Source: Catajapyx aquilonaris (taxonomy: Eukaryota). From it: 64,000 bases of DNA. Positions 14,001-25,471 of this stretch are shown piece by piece. Location: the NCBI GenBank assembly GCA_000934665.2, contig JYFJ02000044.1:1-64000 (forward strand). The letters run 5' to 3'. Position 1 is the first letter of the stretch; each line of letters opens with the position of its first letter. Below the pieces are notes generated by a model, which was not told where the DNA came from, ran no database searches, and was given only the letters and a program-made list of their open reading frames with translations. Both the position numbers and the translations under genes were made by a program.

Positions 14001-17000
14001 GCGTGGCAATCGCTCCGGATCTGAATGATAGAAAAGGGATCCTCACTCTGCCTCCGACGGCACACTGCAATGGAAAGATAGAAGCAGCTTTTCCACTGGA
14101 AAAAAAAGGTTGGATGACAGCTACACTAGTAGCCCGCATTTTCTTACACTTTTTTTCCCTCCATATCTGTCCTGGTATATATGGAATTCTTCTCGTCGTC
14201 CCCTCTAGGTTGCTTTATCACGCCCGGAGGCTTCTTACGTGAAAGATTCTTTTTTTTATTTTATTTTGGGGAGGAACTTGATCGATTTATTGGGTTGGTC
14301 AGCGAGCCTCGAACCCGCAGCCAAACAGTTGCCGGCCATTTCTGGGATGTTGAACCCCTCTTGCTTCAGACATTGGGATGGGACCTTTTCTCTAATATTT
14401 GCACTCTGGAACAAGAATAGCTCAAATAGACACTGGGCGGAAGAGGGAAATCAGATTGCCCGGAGGCGATCCCTCCTTCAAAACTAAAGGTATAATGTGT
14501 GATCATCCAATGGGGGAGATCGAATTAAATCGGAAGCGAAGGCTGCGAAAATAGAAAAAAAAAATACCCATGGCCCAGGCGCGATGTAAACTCTGGATTG
14601 GAAGAAAAGTGTGTCCTGAGGAACATAAAAAAACAAAAGTTGTGTCAAAGTTGGATCCGATCCCTTGGAGAGTCCGAGGAGGATTTCGTGTGGGTTTTAG
14701 ACAAATAGACATTTTGGAGCGATGACAGTGCGCGGGGTTTGCTCGCCAATGATAGGAAGCAGAGCAGAGAAGGGAACGAGAGATCTGCTCTAGTTTGCTC
14801 AAACTCGTTCCAATCCGTGCTTGAGAGAGTCTCAGCCTAAGCCGGATAATGGTACAAGTTACAGGAAAGAACAAAGTTTTATTTTTCAGATCAAAAAAAT
14901 GAAAGAGCACACGAGTGGAAACAATCGGACCAAAAATGGCTGTATTTGCAGTGGCGTAATTGAATGAATGGTCCCCAAAGAGTGGGAAAAGGGAAGTGTC
15001 AGTATATACACATCAGGAACTAAATGAGTCTTAGTCGAGATGGATGGAAAATATCGTGTGGGCATCATCCATCCTCATTGGGGACGCGCCCATGTGTCGC
15101 ACGCTCTTCGTCTCCAACAGCATCCCAAAAAAAAGGAAGCTTTTTCGCGCCTCTTCCAAGCCCACGTAGTTGATCAATACCAAAGTGAGAGTAATCAACC
15201 GGTAATGTGACGTAGTAGTGATCGATCATCAGATCGTAGAACTGCTCCAGAAACGAACCAGGGAAGATGAACAAAAATGTTGCATTTTTATGCAACTTAA
15301 ACACCTTATTTAATTATCGCTATGCATTGTGATATATGTGTACAGGTCTTAACCAGCGTATAGTCTATTAGTTTTTCGACCTACGCAAAGATAATAATGA
15401 AACAAACCAGAAACAAATACAGGGCAAAAGGGCAGTTTAATTAACCCAGATCGTACCGAGAATTGAAACTTTGTTCAAAGCAGCATTCGACCACACCTGT
15501 TCTATACACGCATAGAACCCTAGGCAAACTAACCCCAAGGCTCGAATAAGGTTACAAACTACAGCTGACTTTATAAGCCTTAGCATAATCATGTCCCCTG
15601 GAGAAGTGTACAGTATTTTCCTGACTAGAACTGTGGTTATTTGTAATTCTAATTAAATCGCGGAGTTTCTCCAACTCGTTTTAATGGACGGTATATACAC
15701 AGGTATTTTGGAATGGAGGGGGGGAAACAATTGAATTTGACGGTTTTGTGGTTTCAGCCACTGCACGCACCTGAATTATTAGAGCCAATTATTGGCCTGC
15801 TACCAGCACACTTTTCCGGTGCAGATCCCGTTGCGATGAAAAGGAGACCTGAGAGAGTTTGCAACACTGAAGGGCTAATTATCAAGTGTCAGGTGCATGA
15901 CCGGGAAATGAGCAAACTGCCCATGGGGGTGGCTGTTGATGAGGGAAATGCACAATGCAGTACAGCGATCACGTTCGGATCATGCATGAGAGATGCGCTC
16001 GATGCATATGAAGTACCAAGGTACAGGGTTTTTTTTTTCAGTACAAAGCTCGTGGTTCATTCCGATGGATTTCCTTGCAGCGTTGAATAGGGTGTGGCGG
16101 GTTTTCGAGACAAATTACTCTGGGAGTGGGGTATCTGGGCGTATAAAATCCGGGTAGAGGCAAGGGATTTTTTTTTTTTTTTTTTAAAAAAAAGGAGGAG
16201 GGGGTACACAATGGCGGGTAATTGGTCGAGGGGGCGTGACCGGTGGCAAAAGGCCAGCTTTAATCTCCACCTGGTTTGAAAGAAGCGTGCCGGCCCCGGG
16301 GCCAAACGGCACCTGATCAACTTCCACTCTGCCCATTTATGCCGCGCTAATTGGCTCCCTTTGAGGTCTGCTCTCCGTCATCCCCCAGCCTTCAACACAC
16401 GAGCTATACAGAAAGTACAGGACTGAAGTCATTCACCTTCGTACTAGCTTGGAGACGGTACATTACATGAACATTTCTCCAATACATTTAAATGGCGATA
16501 CTATCAATCGGGCCGTTAATTTCCCTGCCCCTAAACTGACGATAATCTCATTAGACAGGCGACACGTGAGGTGGAAGCGTCGACGCGACGTGTCCAGATG
16601 TCGATGTCGGGGTGGGGACAAGGTGAAACTCGATTAGCGTTTTGCAATCAAAACATCAAAGGGGGGTGGGGGGATGGGGGGGCGAAACCCGGGACTTTAG
16701 CGACCTCTTCTGCACCCCCCACGATCTAATCTGATTGGGCTAGAGTTCAATTGCCTCCACTTCTCTCTCTCTCTTGTTAGCAATCATTCCATGGGATCTG
16801 CCGTTTCTTCTTTCCGATGACGGGATTTTTTCCCCCCTCTTCACCATGTCCCCAGACCCAAAGCTGCATGGTGTTCAGAGACACCCGACCTTTTTTTTTG
16901 CACCAGCTTCAATGCCTGTTCCCACTCAACAAGCCCTAAATCGCACTCAATTTTCTGCTAGCGGATAATCGGATTCGGAAGGTTTACAGTTACAAGACTC

Positions 17001-18206
17001 AGGTACATTTCCCAGAGCACCTTTTTCTTGCAGGGATCAACCCAAGATAAGAGCTGGAGGTTTATTAATTATCAACCCGATTTGGGGGGGGGGGGAGCGT
17101 CTTTAAGCTATGGATTGTAATATTTAATGCAGGGATGACCTTTCAAGAAGTAAAAGACGCGGGGAAGTTTTTAATAATTGCTGGCACGTCGGAGACTTTG
17201 AAACCCAACTAGGAACGAGAGGCGCGCATGTTAAGGGCATAAAAAAGCATGGAAGCTTATAACTGCAGACAATTCGGAAAAGAACTTTTTGGATGAGCCG
17301 GATATTCATTTTTAATCCCCTTCGACTCCGGTGTGCCCATTGTCTCATTATCCTTTTCCCCATTTCCTTTTTTTTTTGGGGGGGGGGGCGCAAAGGAACA
17401 AAGTCGCAGTTTGTTAGAGATCTGCACGTGTATCGATTTGCACGACCGTTGGACCAACCCTCCCTTTGACACTTAAAAACGAGACGATTCTGAATCTCGT
17501 TTGTAATGTTTCCCCCAGCTCTCCATCACAGAAAGAGCTTTCGGAGCTTCATTGCAAAATAATGACGCGAAATTACTGGAGACGCCTTTATCTGGAGGGG
17601 TTGGACAAAGTAACGGCTATTTTGCTCATAGCTGCTATCGGAAATGAAAATAGCAGTGATAAATTCAGTATTGGAGTTTCTGGATGAAATTTCAGGTACA
17701 TGAAAAGACTGGTGCACACAATGAATCAGCTCCCTTCGAAGCCAGCTCTCACAGGAAGAGTTATACGGCATACAGGTTCCGGAACCCAAAATGCCATCAT
17801 CCTGGCCCAAATTCCCCCGGAACCAGCGGTTAGGATTTCCTTGGGTAACATCCGCCAGCCTGCAAAAAAAAAGGAGTAGTCCCACCCCCATCACCATGGT
17901 GACAAACCCAACTCTCTGGCGTTGCCTCGGTGACGAAGTGATGCGACACCAGACTCCGGCCTTGATTATCAGATATATATAAAAAAAGAGGTGCCAGTGG
18001 GATATGAGATTAATCTGGTTTGATGTGGCTGCACCGCGTTCGACCCAATGTAATGTATCGGGACGCATTTCATGGTGCTACGAATTTTTCTTCCGTCATA
18101 TAAACTAATTGCTGGTGTTGACTGATCGTTACACCCGCGTTTGATATGTGAAACAAAAAAAATGGGCGAAATCTTTGCTAATCAAAATGTTTTCTAATTG
18201 TTTCAG

Positions 18207-21200
18207 AAGAAATATCCACGTGTTCTGGAGCTGTACTCGGATTCGAACCGTTACCTGTACACCTTGACGTTCGTTCTGTGCGGCCTGGTAGCAGCATTTC
18301 TGGTCATCGCCGTCACCCTGTACATTGTCCGTCGCCATGCACGATCCCGAGAAAAGGTGCAGAATCTCACTCACTCGGACACAGAAGCAAGCAAGGATTA
18401 CCAGGTGACTGCTCCTATAAGCCTTTTCTTTCGAAGACTTATTTGCCAAGTCCCTACCCGCTTAAGACTGTCCTATACGTTTTATCTCTTTCAGGAATTA
18501 TGTCGCGCTCGTATGGCCAGCAAAAGCCAGGAGAAACCGGAGCCAATCCATGTCGGACAAAGAATCGCCAGTCTGTCCAGAGAGTCGGAAGGATCCAACA
18601 ACAGTCCATCTTCCAGGTCTAGCACTTCTTCGTGGTTAGTCCGTATTTTATTGTGAATTTCACTGGAGCGTATACTCGTCCAGGTCACTCGCTATCGACA
18701 GAGTCGATTGCGAGTGACCTGGATGAGTATACGCCTCCAGGTCATTTCATCTAGGTCGGTGTGATTGAACTTACTGTTTGTCAAGTGTGAACTCGGTTGC
18801 ATGTGAAGCCATGGATTGGGGAGAAGCCAGACTTATTTGCAATAGAAAGTTTTCCAAGAACGAACCGGTTCAACCTCTCGCTCGCTTCTTCCTAATTACT
18901 GCGGGAATTATTGCACCTCCAAACCTTCCCCCCTTCCCAAAACTCCTAAGGTTTCCCTTTGAAGCCCAAAACCAGGCCGGTTCCAGCCGCCAGCCATCCA
19001 TCTCACCCAATGGTTCCAAAAAGGAGAGAGAGAGAGAGAGAGAGGACCCCCTAAGCAGACGCTCGCTTTATGAAAATGACGTGATCGGGAAGGGTGGGTT
19101 TGAGGACAAGATGATATCGAGCGATGGATGGTATGATGTTGGGAGGGAACTAGGGAGAAGAGATGATGTGGGGGAAGGGAAGAGATCCCCCCCATCCGCA
19201 CTCTCAGATTCAGATCATTCCTCTCGACAGCCAGGATCGGGATTATTAGTCCTGGCTGCTCCTACAATATTCATGGGATTAAGACATCATCGCTCTTTGT
19301 TACGAGTCTGGGGAATAATATATGTCCTCGACTTGACAAACTCTTTGGGATGGAATCCGCACACGTACGAGGGTTTCCGTGCGTTGCAAACATCACTAGC
19401 TAGGCGGTGGTTTGACCCCAATGAGGCGAGGTTTTCTCCCATGCGACCTGTCACATTTGGGTGCACATGGAAGGGATGCCCAGGGCGATGTGGGAAAAAT
19501 GACAAGCACGTCCCCATAGGGCAGCCAACTGTCCAGTTATGAACTCAACTGTCAACTGTAACTGCCGCACAGTAGGATCAATCTCGGGCTTATGGTTTAC
19601 GACAGCTAGTGTGACCGCCAGCACCGATTTGTTGCGGAAAAATAACAGTTTTTTTGTGTTATTCCCAGGAGTGAAGAGCCGGTTCTCACCAACATGGACA
19701 TTTCCACGGGGCATATGGTGCTGGTAAGTGTGTTTTGTCCCCCCCNCCCCCCCCCCCCCCCCTGTCCTGAGGGTTGTTGTCAATACGGATTGGCTTTGCA
19801 GTCGTACATGGAGGACCATCTGAAGAACAAGGACCGCCTGGAGCAAGAGTGGATCGCACTGTGCGCCTACGAAGCCGAACCATGCTCCACCTCCATAGCT
19901 CAGAAAGTAAGTGTACTGATCTATTACTATCCGGGGTTGAGGAATCGCATAGATTGGCGGATGGAAAATTTGATGGGCAAAAGTACATTATACACAACCT
20001 AAGTGTGGGGTGTCCAATAGCATGGCCTAAGGGATCCCGTAATGATGTTTTTCCAAGTTGGTGAAGGTTTTTTGGGCGAAAATATTGGGAGGCGATTGGC
20101 CCCGGCCGGGTCCCAAGACCCAATCAGCCCGAATCGGTGTTCCCTGCCATGATTAAACGCCCGCTTACATGTTAATGCCTCCCTTCCTATGCATTTTAAA
20201 ACACTCTCGGGTCCCTTCCGCGGTATTTACCCGATCCCCCAGCCAGCTTCATGCTTAGCAAGCAAGATGGCGAACCCTGCACCCAGCCGGACCTGCATGC
20301 TAATTTTCATTCCATAATATAACATATGTCTCGTATATACTGACCTCCTATTCTGCCAATAGGTGGACAACGTGAAGAAGAACAGGTATCCTGACATATT
20401 GCCGTACGACCATGCACGTGTGGTGCTGAACGACCTGTCCAACATCTCCGGTGCTGACTACATCAACGCTTCGACCATCGTAAGAACACGTTTTTTTTTG
20501 TTTGTTTATTAGCTAACGACGTTTAATGCGTGCGTCGTTCCGAGCGCACCGCAGGCGTGAAAATGCAAACTAAATCCGTTGGCACTCTGTCAGTCAGTCA
20601 GTCATTCTCTACGCCCATATTAACTCCGCGCCTAACACGATCAACACGTAATTATTCTGACGGACGGGGGAAATTTTCGGAAGCGGCAACCGATTTCATT
20701 TTGCATTCGCGCGCCACTGATTCCAACACACTCCATTCCCTTTCCACCCCCTGTGTCGACTTTCTGCCCAAAATGCATATATCAACAGAAGTGAGCACAT
20801 GTCGAGCGTGGCCTCATCCTTCTCCGGCTTGCACACGAATAACCATAATGAAATCACCTAATAACTGCCTTGCCAATCAAGCCAAGTGCGATAAGCAGTG
20901 GTGACTGCAGCCAGCCGTGATTTTGGCAGAAAGCAGCAAAGGGAGTTGTTTCTACCCACAAGGGAAAAGACAAACTTCAACAGAAAGGTCGTTGAAACAG
21001 AGAATATTCATCAAACTGCAAAAGAATAATTAGCCGTCAGCATGATGAGCGTTGGATTATTACACTCCCTCTTGACTGGCCCTCCCTCGCTAATAAACTG
21101 TTAATAATTGAAGGGCCGTGACAGACATTCCTGCGATTCATCCTCCCCCGTAACTGGTTTTCATCCCCAATGGTTGGAATGCCAAACCGGGGGATGTCCA

Positions 21201-24200
21201 TTAATTTGGGCGCGTTTTGCGAGGTTAGCCGCGCCCTGGCATGTGCTGCAGCTCCATTGTTTCCCATTCTGCCATCATAAAACGCGTAAGAAAATTTCCA
21301 CAAAAAATAACCGTCAGAACTCGAGCAAGGTGATGTTGATGTATTGTTCCGAAACTTTCTGGCTCGTACAGTAAAGCAGGTTTTTCAATGGTGGGAAGCG
21401 CCCTTTCCAATTTGGCAGCGAGTAATACCTTGAAAATCTAGTCTGGCCTCCATAATTGGGGCACAATAGCCGGGGTTAATGGGGGAAATGGCGGCATTAA
21501 TGAAGGTGTCGTGTTTCAAAACAAACGGCCGGCCTATGTGTCAACCTCTGTGGGATTTACATGTGGAAGTTAGGCAAAGTACAGTCGGGTCCAAAAAGGC
21601 GGGCGGTAGTTTCCCCCAAAACCGCGAATTCTCCCGCGTTGCCTATTGATTGCTAGGCGCTGGTTTATAATCAGGTAATGCCTGTCATTATTGTTGTAAA
21701 CAACCAATTGAACCCTTTTGAGGTGGTCGGCATGCAGACGCGACCACGTCAATAACGTTCTCGCGGGAATTTTCGCAACGCAGTTTGCGCGCTCCGATTC
21801 ATGTGGCCTGTGTGTATAGGACGACCCCCCCCATAAAATACATGGTGCATGTGCCTGAACCATGTAATACACGGCCTCTATTTCTTGTATTGGATTTTCC
21901 CAGACCCACATTATCTGGCTCTGCATTTTTTTTAAAAAAAAGAACTATTGGACCGGCTAGAGCCTGAGGCGATGCAATCCAAAAAAGTGAGCGCGGATTG
22001 GAAAATAGCACAAGTTGTTTTGACACAACATGGGGAAAAAAATGATTAAAAAGTCCATTACATGTAATTATCAAGTTGTACAGTACAAAGGCTGAATCAC
22101 TAGGGAGGCTTCCACTCAGCTCCAGAAAATCTGCTGCTCTGGGGCGTAATTAGCACTACAATTCCCTCGACAGCGAATAATTATGTTTATGAATCAAGTT
22201 ACCCTTGAGTCAGCCCCCCAGAAGCGGATCTCTCTCCCTCCCCTCCTTCTTCCCTCCTCCCCCATCTCACTCTTTTCACTGTTTCCAAAGCATCAGGGAA
22301 CGACACTAAGCTGCCCGATCCATTATTAAGCATCGCTCTAAATAATCCACTGTTTTGTGGCAGATCCCGCAGATATTGACGTGTTTTTAATTTTTATTTA
22401 TTACGGCAGACTGATCACGACCCGAGGAACCCGGCTTACATAGCGACTCAAGGACCTGTGCCTCTCACGGGTGCTGATTTTTGGCAGATGATTTGGGAGC
22501 AGGGCAGTGTGGTCATCGTCATGTTGACCCGACTGACCGAAAATGGAGTGGCCATGTGTCATCGATACTGGCCTGAAGAAGGATCGGAGCTTTATCACAT
22601 CTACGAGGTAAGATCAACTCATTCACTTTATAGACACAAATTTTGCAAAAAAAAATAATTTTTAAACTAAAGGTGCACCTGGTGAGCGAGCATATTTGGT
22701 GTGATGACTACCTGGTTCGAAGTTTCTACCTGAAGAACCTGAAGACTGGTGAGACCAGGACAGTGACGCAGTTCCACTTCTTGTCGTGGCCCAACAACGG
22801 AGTGCCTCTCAGCACCAAGGCTCTGCTTGAATTCCGAAGGTGTGTTCAATTAACCATGCACAACTCCCAATACTAATTACTCTTTTTTGCTTTTCGCACG
22901 GAAAAAATATTTCACAAAAGTCAAACACCAAATGTTCTGCCCTGTTTCATGGAACTGTTTGGTTGTTTTTTTTTCTGCATGGGTCTACTGTAGTTGTAAT
23001 AACTACCCTTCGGTTGTGCTCACCACACACACATACACTATGCAATAACATACTGATAGCAGACAGAGGTGCTACCTGGTCGCAAGTACTGTATACACAG
23101 GGGAGGTAGAGATTTTTGGCAATTTACTTACTTATCCTGACTATTCAGAGCAACCCTTCCGTCTCCTCTGTTGGACGGGAGGTCTGCATGGCTGGATAAA
23201 CTTTTTATATGATGCAAAAGAATTCGTTGAAAGTCAGAGTGACATGAAGAGTAGTAGTTTTGCAGATACGTAAGCACTGGGTCCATATTCCATGCAAATA
23301 AGTCACTAATGACATTTATAGCTGAATATTTTTAAAAGGGGGAATGAGTTATGTCTGTATTATTTGCTGATGTTTTTAGTAGTCTGCTAAATGTTTTGGG
23401 ATCAGCTAATATTTTAACTCAAAATTGTAAATGTGAGTAAAGTGGTATCTCTGTCTGCAATGAATGTCGATTATCCGTGGAGTTTGCCACATTCAGAGGC
23501 ACATTAACGAAATAATACGTATATAGACAGCACCGCATCTTCTCAGATTGAGAACAGTTGACAGCAATTTCATCTTAATATATTTTGAAATATTATGTTA
23601 GCAGTTTAAACAACCACATTCAGAAATGATACGTTTAAAAAACTAGAGCATATTAATTTCGCATGAAATGATAGAAAATTTGCATAATCGTCCAAGTTAT
23701 CAGTTGCAGAGATTATTTGAAAATACGCTGTATGTGGAATATATGTTACGAATGTTAATGTCACTTCATCAGCATAAAGAACGCAATGAAATAATGATGA
23801 AAAACAATCAATCAGGCTCGGCTCGGGACGCTGGGAGAAAGTGTCAAAAAATGTGGCAGTCCCCACAAAATTGACTTGTTTTGCATGCAGTGAATTATTC
23901 AAGTGTCACACTGACTGACGTGACCCAAATTATATTTTGATTATCAATTACACCATCCAGAAAAAAAAGAAAAATCACAGAACGATACAAATATGCATAC
24001 ATCCGAACAAGCGAAAAACAATCAAAACATGCAATACCTCATAACCGTAGCTATTAGTAGAGTCTCGGTGGTAGTACTAGAGTACAGTAGACCCGAGAGC
24101 GAGTTTAACACAAAAAAAAACTTTGTTGGACGTCAAGTTCCATGCTTCTACTACTAGTGACCACGGGCCTCTCATCATTTTTGTGATTTTTGCAATTGTG

Positions 24201-25471
24201 GATTCAAAAGAATTGCATAGTCACAAAAGTGATGGGAGTACAGTGGCGTTGCCTGCACTTCTGCTTCACTTTGCTATGGCCTGGGACTCCAAGGGTAAAG
24301 CAGGGCAGCAGGATTTTTTCCCTTTCTACCTCTATCTCTATCTCTTGTCTTTTCACACACTCTCTCTGCTTTTCTTCCCAAGTTTTCTTCTCTGCCTATA
24401 GTTATTTATTCTAACTTGCATGCCACAACCTGTCGGTTCAGTCTCTCTCATTTCTCTGATCTTTCTCTGGGCTTTTTGCTATTTTGCAACACGAGGGCCA
24501 TCTGGATCGATCCATGTGATTGGCCCATTTGAAAGGATGCAAATTACTTTGCAAGTCCTCTCTCTCTCTCTCTCTCTCACTATATCACATGAAGCGCACA
24601 GATCCAGATGTTGCAAACTGACCGCCAATTGTTGCACCAAACTGCTGGCTTTGAATGTTCGCAAATGCGCGTTAGACAAACCAGTTCAGAGCGATAGTCC
24701 AGGACCCTCGTAGTAGAATAGCTATAGGCTCGACATAGAGTCAAATAGTTCCTTTTTCGGTGTCTGTTAGTTCAAAAGAAAAAAAAAGAAAAAAAAAAGA
24801 AAAAAGGATGACGTTGTTTGACCCATGCATGACCCCCTTCCCGCTGTATAACCTACCAAACTGAGGAACGATATGAGGCAACACGCCACTAATGCCCGTC
24901 TGTTTCTTTGCAGGAAAGTGAACAAGTCGTACCGCGGGAGGTCGTGCCCAATTGTGGTTCACTGCAGGTGAGTTGCTACTTGATCGGACCTTCACCAGAG
25001 TGGGAAGAGCAACAACATGCGTGCCCCAATCATATGTGCGCAGAAGGACATCATGGTGGAGCCTTCTGCGCAGCATGTGCGCAGAAGGCTCCATCTGACA
25101 TCTGTCTACGCATGTGCTGCGCAGAAGTCCCCATCTGATATCCTTCTGCGCATAGGGTGGAGTTTTCGCTTATTATTACCGTTACTGGTCGGAAACTCTT
25201 CCCGTTCTGGTGCTAGCAACGTGTCTGAACCGACTGTAATACATGAACTGCGTGTTGCAGCGACGGCGTTGGGAGGACGGGCACCTACTCCTTGATCGAC
25301 ATGGTCCTGAACCGGATGGCCAAGGGAGCCAAGGAGATCGACATCGCGGCCACCCTGGAGCACATACGTGACCAGCGTCCGGGCATGGTCAAGAGCAAGC
25401 AGCAGTTCGAGTTCGTTCTAATGGCTGTGGCCGAAGAGGTTCACGCCATACTCAAGGCGTTGCCCCAGTAG
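18207..25471 (+). CDS. IA-2: Receptor-type tyrosine-protein phosphatase-like N (IA-2/PTPRN/PTPRN2 ortholog), 3' portion: TM helix plus cytoplasmic PTP-like domain; 5' exons not identified
   Basis: Nine phase-consistent GT-AG exons: 18207-18404, 18495-18634, 19669-19723, 19802-19906, 20363-20479, 22410-22607, 22673-22839, 24914-24967, 25261-25471 (TAG). The spliced translation (~414 aa) has a TM segment ([22 protein letters not shown]) and IA-2 hallmarks: [108 protein letters not shown] and C-terminal [13 protein letters not shown]. Confidence 0.96.
18663..18740. repeat. Near-perfect 78-bp inverted repeat (hairpin) in an IA-2 intron
   Basis: CTGGAGCGTATACTCGTCCAGGTCACTCGCTATCGAC-AGA-GTCGATTGCGAGTGACCTGGATGAGTATACGCCTCCAG: a ~37-bp stem with 2 substitutions and 1 indel. 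Confidence 0.9.
24169..24238 (+). ncRNA. mir-153: mir-153 precursor hairpin, intronic in IA-2; mature 3p arm 24213-24234
   Basis: 24213-24234 reads TTGCATAGTCACAAAAGTGATG, matching the known miR-153 mature sequence. The upstream arm CTCTCATCATTTTTGTGATTTTTGCAATT pairs with it to form a stem-loop. It is sense-oriented in the IA-2 intron 22840-24913. Confidence 0.95.
25033..25154. repeat. Quasi-palindromic array of TGCGCAGAAG / CTTCTGCGCA units in the last IA-2 intron
   Basis: Five copies of TGCGCAGAAG in mixed orientation with CCATCTGA-like spacers. The ends TATGTGCGCAGAAGGACATCA and TGATATCCTTCTGCGCATA are inverted. Confidence 0.75.

Noticed and set aside
16549..16623. Candidate upstream IA-2 exon ending GDK|gtgaaa
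   Set aside because: The translation does not resemble the IA-2 ectodomain and the splice signals are weak.
18778..19542. 254-aa ORF inside an IA-2 intron
   Set aside because: Non-ATG start, crosses a (GA)n repeat, has no homology I can recognise, and the flanking exons join in phase without it.
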